7,176 nt of DNA from Escherichia coli (GTDB lineage Bacteria; Pseudomonadota; Gammaproteobacteria; Enterobacterales; Enterobacteriaceae), in assembly GCF_965641715.1 (NCBI RefSeq), contig NZ_OZ282458.1. One strand, 5' to 3'. The notes under the pieces are model-generated. The model did no database searches and was not told the origin of the DNA. It saw nothing but the letters and a program-made list of their open reading frames with translations. Position numbers and translations under genes: made by a program. Numbering within the stretch: position 1 is the stretch's first letter; every line of letters starts with the position of its first letter. Below, one piece after another: positions 4,676 to 7,176 of the stretch.

Positions 4676-5826
4676 TAATTGATCTTTTTAGTGGGTGTGG
4701 GGGGTTATCCCTAGGCTTTTTGAAGGGGGGGTTTGATGTTGTAGGTGCTTATGATTTCTGGGATCCTGCTATTGAATGTTACAGAGATAATTTTAGCCAT
4801 CCGATAAAAAAACTAGATTTGAGCAATGTTGATGATGTGGTGAGGGAGCTTAAAGATATAGACTTCGATATGATTATTGGAGGGCCTCCTTGCCAAGACT
4901 TCAGTCATGCAGGTTTAAGAATTGAAGGTGCTAGAGCTAACTTAACTCGCTCATTTTCAGAAATTATAAAAAGAATAAAGCCAAAGTGGTTTGTGATGGA
5001 AAATGTAGATCGGGCATTAAGAAGTGGTGCCTATTTAGAAGCTCGAGGAATCTTTAAAGAATCAGGGTATGGGTTAACAGAAATTGTTTTGGATGCCAGT
5101 AAGTGTGGTGTTCCGCAAAAAAGAAAAAGATTATTTGTAATTGGAAAGCTTGACGTGAGGGATGGTTTTATCCTTAACGAAGTGATGTGCGGGATATCGA
5201 AAGATAGTATGACAGTTAGAAATTATCTTGGTGATTCATTGGGGATTGAGTATTATTACAGACATCCGAGAAATTATAACAGAAGGGCTATTTTCTCTAT
5301 TGATGAACCTGCGCCAACAGTAAGAGGGGTTAATAGACCGATACCTGATGGATATTTAGGGCATGCAGGCGATCCTGTCAGTATTTCTGAGAATGTAAGG
5401 CCATTAACAACCTTTGAAAGAGCAAGATTGCAAACATTTCCTGAAGACTTTAAATTTAAAGGTGCAAAAACAAATTTGGAGCAAATGATAGGTAATGCTG
5501 TTCCGGTTGAGTTAGCAAAATATGTTGCGGTGACAATCATGGAGTATGAAAAAAAACAAGTAAAAGGTATTTATGATAAAGAAGGCTTTAGGGCGTGGTT
5601 GCTGAATGAAAAGAAACTAACAAAAAGAACCTCTAGCGATATTATATCTAGATGTTGCAGAGGTGTTTCATTTTTTGATTCAGAGGGGGTGGATTTTTAT
5701 AACTGTGAAATAGATGAAATTATTATGAAACTGGAAAGGCTTGAATCGTTTGTCAGGCTTGGGGTTAGCCTGAAGTCTCAGTTAAGAAGGGCTTTTAAAT
5801 TATATTACGAATATTGTCGAAGGTAA
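4669..5826 (+). CDS. DNA (cytosine-5)-methyltransferase, 385 aa, Dcm family, with a C-terminal extension of about 95 aa
   Basis: All canonical motifs are present in order: I DLFSGCGG (aa 5-12), IV GGPPCQDFS (catalytic Cys74), VI ENV (111-113), VIII QKRKR (150-154), IX RPLTTFERARLQTFPEDF, X GNAVPV (275-280). The variable/target-recognition region is short (about aa 160-245). Residues from about 292 to 385 lie beyond motif X. Confidence 0.9.
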   Translation: MRIIDLFSGCGGLSLGFLKGGFDVVGAYDFWDPAIECYRDNFSHPIKKLDLSNVDDVVRELKDIDFDMIIGGPPCQDFSHAGLRIEGARANLTRSFSEIIKRIKPKWFVMENVDRALRSGAYLEARGIFKESGYGLTEIVLDASKCGVPQKRKRLFVIGKLDVRDGFILNEVMCGISKDSMTVRNYLGDSLGIEYYYRHPRNYNRRAIFSIDEPAPTVRGVNRPIPDGYLGHAGDPVSISENVRPLTTFERARLQTFPEDFKFKGAKTNLEQMIGNAVPVELAKYVAVTIMEYEKKQVKGIYDKEGFRAWLLNEKKLTKRTSSDIISRCCRGVSFFDSEGVDFYNCEIDEIIMKLERLESFVRLGVSLKSQLRRAFKLYYEYCRR

Positions 5827-5886
5827 TAAATACGAATTTATGTCTCTCAGGGGAGGGGGAGGGGATAAAAAGATCAAAGGATCCTC

Positions 5887-5915
5887 TTGTGATCCTTTTT
5901 TTCTGCGCGTAATCT
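5887..5915 (+). promoter_or_regulatory. RNAII (replication primer) promoter
   Basis: -35 TTGTGA (5887-5892), a 17-bp spacer, then -10 TAATCT (5910-5915). It is collinear with the pMB1/pBR322 promoter ttgagatcctttttttctgcgcgtaatct. Confidence 0.8.
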
Positions 5916-5926
5916 GCTGCCTGTAA

Positions 5927-6034
5927 ACAAAAAAACCACCGCTACCAACGGTGGTTTGTTTGCCGGAATCTAGAGCTACCAACTCTTTCTTCCGAAGGTA
6001 ACTGGCTTGGTGGAGCACAGATACCAAATACTGT
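5927..6034 (-). ncRNA. RNAI: RNAI antisense copy-number regulator (about 108 nt)
   Basis: The reverse complement reads acagtatttggtatctgtgctccaccaagccagttaccttcggaagaaagagttggtagctctagattccggcaaacaaaccaccgttggtagcggtggtttttttgt. It has a three-stem-loop architecture collinear with pMB1 RNAI. Confidence 0.85.
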
Positions 6035-6040
6035 CCTTCT

Positions 6041-6070
6041 AGTGTAGCCGCAGTTAGGCCACCACTTCAA
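6041..6070 (-). promoter_or_regulatory. RNAI promoter
   Basis: The minus strand reads ttgaagtggtggcctaactgcggctacact. The -35 TTGAAG is the complement of 6065-6070 and the -10 TACACT is the complement of 6041-6046. It differs at one base from the recalled pBR322 sequence. Confidence 0.75.
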
Positions 6071-6459
6071 GAACTCTTAATATCTCAATCCACCTTGTCC
6101 AGTTACCAGTGGCTGCTGCCAGTGGCGCTTTGTCGTGTCTTACCGGGTTGGACTCAAGACGATAGTTACCGGATAAGGCGCAGCGGTCGGGCTGAACGGG
6201 GGGTTCGTGCACACAGCCCAGCTTGGAGCGAACGACCTACACCGAACTGAGATACCAACAGCGTGAGCTATGAGAAAGCGCCACGCTTCCCGAAGGGAGA
6301 AAGGCGGACAGGTATCCGGTAAGCGGCAGGGTCGGAACAGGAGAGCGCACGAGGGAGCTTCCAGGGGGAAACGCCTGGTATCTTTAAGTCCTGTCGGGTT
6401 TCGCCACCTCTGACTTGAGCGTCGATTTTTGTGATGCTCGTCAGGGGGGCGGAGCCTAT

Positions 6460-6485
6460 GGAAAAACGCCAGCGGCGTGGCCTTC
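6460..6485 (+). other. oriV: oriV: RNA-to-DNA transition region of ColE1-type replication (approximate)
   Basis: ggaaaaacgccagcggcgtggcc corresponds to pBR322 GGAAAAACGCCAGCAACGCGGCC, where leading-strand synthesis starts. Confidence 0.6.
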
Positions 6486-6689
6486 TCTGGGTTCTTGTTT
6501 TTTGCTCACATGTTTCTTTTGGTGTTATCCCCTGATTCTGTGGATAACCGCATTACCGTCTTTGAGTGAGCTGATACCGCTCGCCGCAGCCGAACGACCG
6601 AGCGTAGCGAGTCAGTGAGCGAGGAAGCGGAAGAGCGTCGGAAGTTGCATTTTCTCCTTACACATCTGTGCGGCATTTCACACCCGGCA

Positions 6690-6780
6690 TGGCGCACTTT
6701 TCATACAATCTGCACTGATGCCGCATGGTTAAGCCAGTATACACTCCGCTATCGCTACGTGACTGGGTCAGGGCTTCGCC
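6690..6780 (-). other. oriT: bom/oriT region with predicted nic on the minus strand between 6734 and 6733 (..gtatactgg|cttaac..)
   Basis: ccgcatggttaagccagtatacactccgctatcgctacgtgactgggtca is collinear with the pBR322 bom region (..CCGCATAGTTAAGCCAGTATACACTCCGCTATCGCTACGTGACTGGGTCA..). The ColE1 nick is recalled as CTGG/CTTA next to GTATAC. Confidence 0.7.
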
Positions 6781-6882
6781 CCGACACCCGCAAGGTCAAC
6801 GGCCTGACGCGCCCTGACGGGCTTGTCTGCTCCCGGCATCCGCTCACAGACAAGCTGTGACCGTCTCCGGGAGCTGTATGTG

Positions 6883-7074
6883 TCAGAGGTTTTCACCGTC
6901 ATCCCCGAAGCGTGCGAGGCAGCTGCGGTAAAGCTCATCGGCGTGGTCGTGAAGCGATTCACAGATGTCTGCCTGTTCATCCGCGTCCAGTTCGTTGAGC
7001 TTTTCCAGCAGCGTTAATGTCTGGCTTCTGATAAAGCGCGCCATGTTAAGGGCTGTTTTTTCCTGTTTAGTCAC
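6883..7074 (-). CDS. rop: Rop/Rom, RNAI-RNAII kissing-complex stabiliser, 63 aa
   Basis: From GTG 7074 the product is MTKQEKTALNMARFIRSQTLTLLEKLNELDADEQADICESLHDHADELYRSCLARFGDDGENL, identical as far as I recall to pBR322 Rop. The 95-aa ORF-track version (to 7170) is an upstream in-frame extension. Confidence 0.9.
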   Translation of the reverse strand: MTKQEKTALNMARFIRSQTLTLLEKLNELDADEQADICESLHDHADELYRSCLARFGDDGENL

Positions 7075-7137
7075 TGATGCCTCCGTGTAAGGGGGATTTC
7101 TGTTCATGGGGTAATGATACCGATGAAACGCGAGAGG

Positions 7138-7176
7138 ATGCTCACGATACGGGTTACTGATGATGAACATGCACGG
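7138..7176 (+). CDS. mobC: MobC/MbeC N-terminal 13 codons (MLTIRVTDDEHAR), continuing at base 1 across the circular join; 107 aa in total
   Basis: The frame is contiguous with frame 1 of the window start. An upstream in-frame stop lies at 7075-7077. In-frame ATGs occur at 7114, 7123 and 7138. ATG 7138 gives the MLT..RVT.DEH..LLERC N-terminus recalled for MbeC, a ribbon-helix-helix beta-strand region. Confidence 0.6.
   Translation, partial: MLTIRVTDDEHAR

Larger units (their letters stand above)
5923..6475 (+). ncRNA. RNAII: RNAII pre-primer of ColE1-type replication; the 3' end (RNase H processing at oriV) is approximate
   Basis: It is near-continuous with the recalled pBR322 ori sequence (..aaacaaaaaaaccaccgctacca..ggtaactggctt..gataccaaatactgtccttctagtgtagccg..). 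The start at G5923 is placed by alignment to the pMB1 start. The end is set by the roughly 555-nt rule and the motif ggaaaaacgccagc (6460-6473). Confidence 0.85.

Noticed and set aside
5274-5540. An 88-aa minus-strand ORF antisense to the methyltransferase gene
   Set aside because: It lies opposite conserved motifs IX and X of a complete C5 methylase and has no signals.
5822-5848. A possible second Xer site at the right cargo boundary (ggtaataaata-cgaat-ttatgtctctc)
   Set aside because: Only about 8/11 and 6/11 positions match XerC/XerD arms, with a 5-bp spacer. It is too degenerate to call without binding data. It is worth a glance only in the context of the cer-boundary finding.
5850-5864. 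The G-run ggggagggggagggg as a G-quadruplex
   Set aside because: There are only three G-tracts, and a fourth is needed for an intramolecular quadruplex. It is noted as junction sequence only.
5800-6027. A 75-aa minus-strand ORF across the RNAII promoter and RNAI
   Set aside because: The region is fully explained by the RNAI/RNAII control RNAs, which are collinear with pMB1.
6415-7017. Five overlapping ORFs of 63 to 81 aa (6415..6618, 6506..6697, 6615..6860, 6768..6980, 6823..7017) in the ori-bom-rop interval
   Set aside because: The interval is collinear with the non-coding ori/bom region of pBR322 or antisense to rop. These are GC-rich random frames without SD.
6883-7170. The 95-aa version of the rop ORF
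   Set aside because: Authentic Rop is 63 aa from the GTG at 7074. The upstream extension overlaps the mobC 5' region on the other strand and is not part of known Rop proteins.
1-7176. CRISPR arrays, tRNA/rRNA genes, integron attC or integrase genes, antibiotic-resistance or colicin genes
   Set aside because: I saw no spaced direct-repeat arrays, no cloverleaf-capable sequences, and no ORFs with the corresponding motifs. All long ORFs are otherwise accounted for.

Overview
The window reads as a complete, circularly permuted ColE1/pMB1-family mobilizable plasmid of about 7.2 kb. The last bases (..gatgatgaacatgcacgg) run straight into the first bases (ttacttgaacgctgtgagggtaaacaactgg..), as in my recollection of the pMB1/pBR322 backbone, and the mobC reading frame is open across that join. 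The backbone is GC-rich (above 50% by eye). It carries mobC-mobA with mobB and mobD nested in a second frame of mobA, a cer-type Xer dimer-resolution site, the RNAII/RNAI replication-control region with oriV, the bom/oriT nick region, and rop/rom. An AT-rich cargo island (about 2276-5866) sits between the XerD arm of cer and the RNAII promoter. It contains three things. (i) A divergently transcribed Type II restriction-modification pair: a PD-(D/E)xK endonuclease candidate and a Dcm-type C5-cytosine methyltransferase with an unexplained C-terminal extension of about 95 aa. There is no controller (C) protein, but a perfect palindromic operator carries two GACGTC hexamers. (ii) A 209-bp non-autonomous Tn3/gamma-delta-family miniature element (IS101-like) with imperfect 38-bp terminal inverted repeats and an exact 5-bp target duplication (ATGTT). 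(iii) A translationally coupled pair of small genes (127 aa and 68 aa) that I cannot assign to any family. The least explained parts are the small-gene pair, the R-M control region with the methylase tail, and the way the cargo starts exactly at the Xer crossover core. All similarity statements come from memory of reference sequences (ColE1, pBR322, Tn3, gamma-delta). No database search was run.
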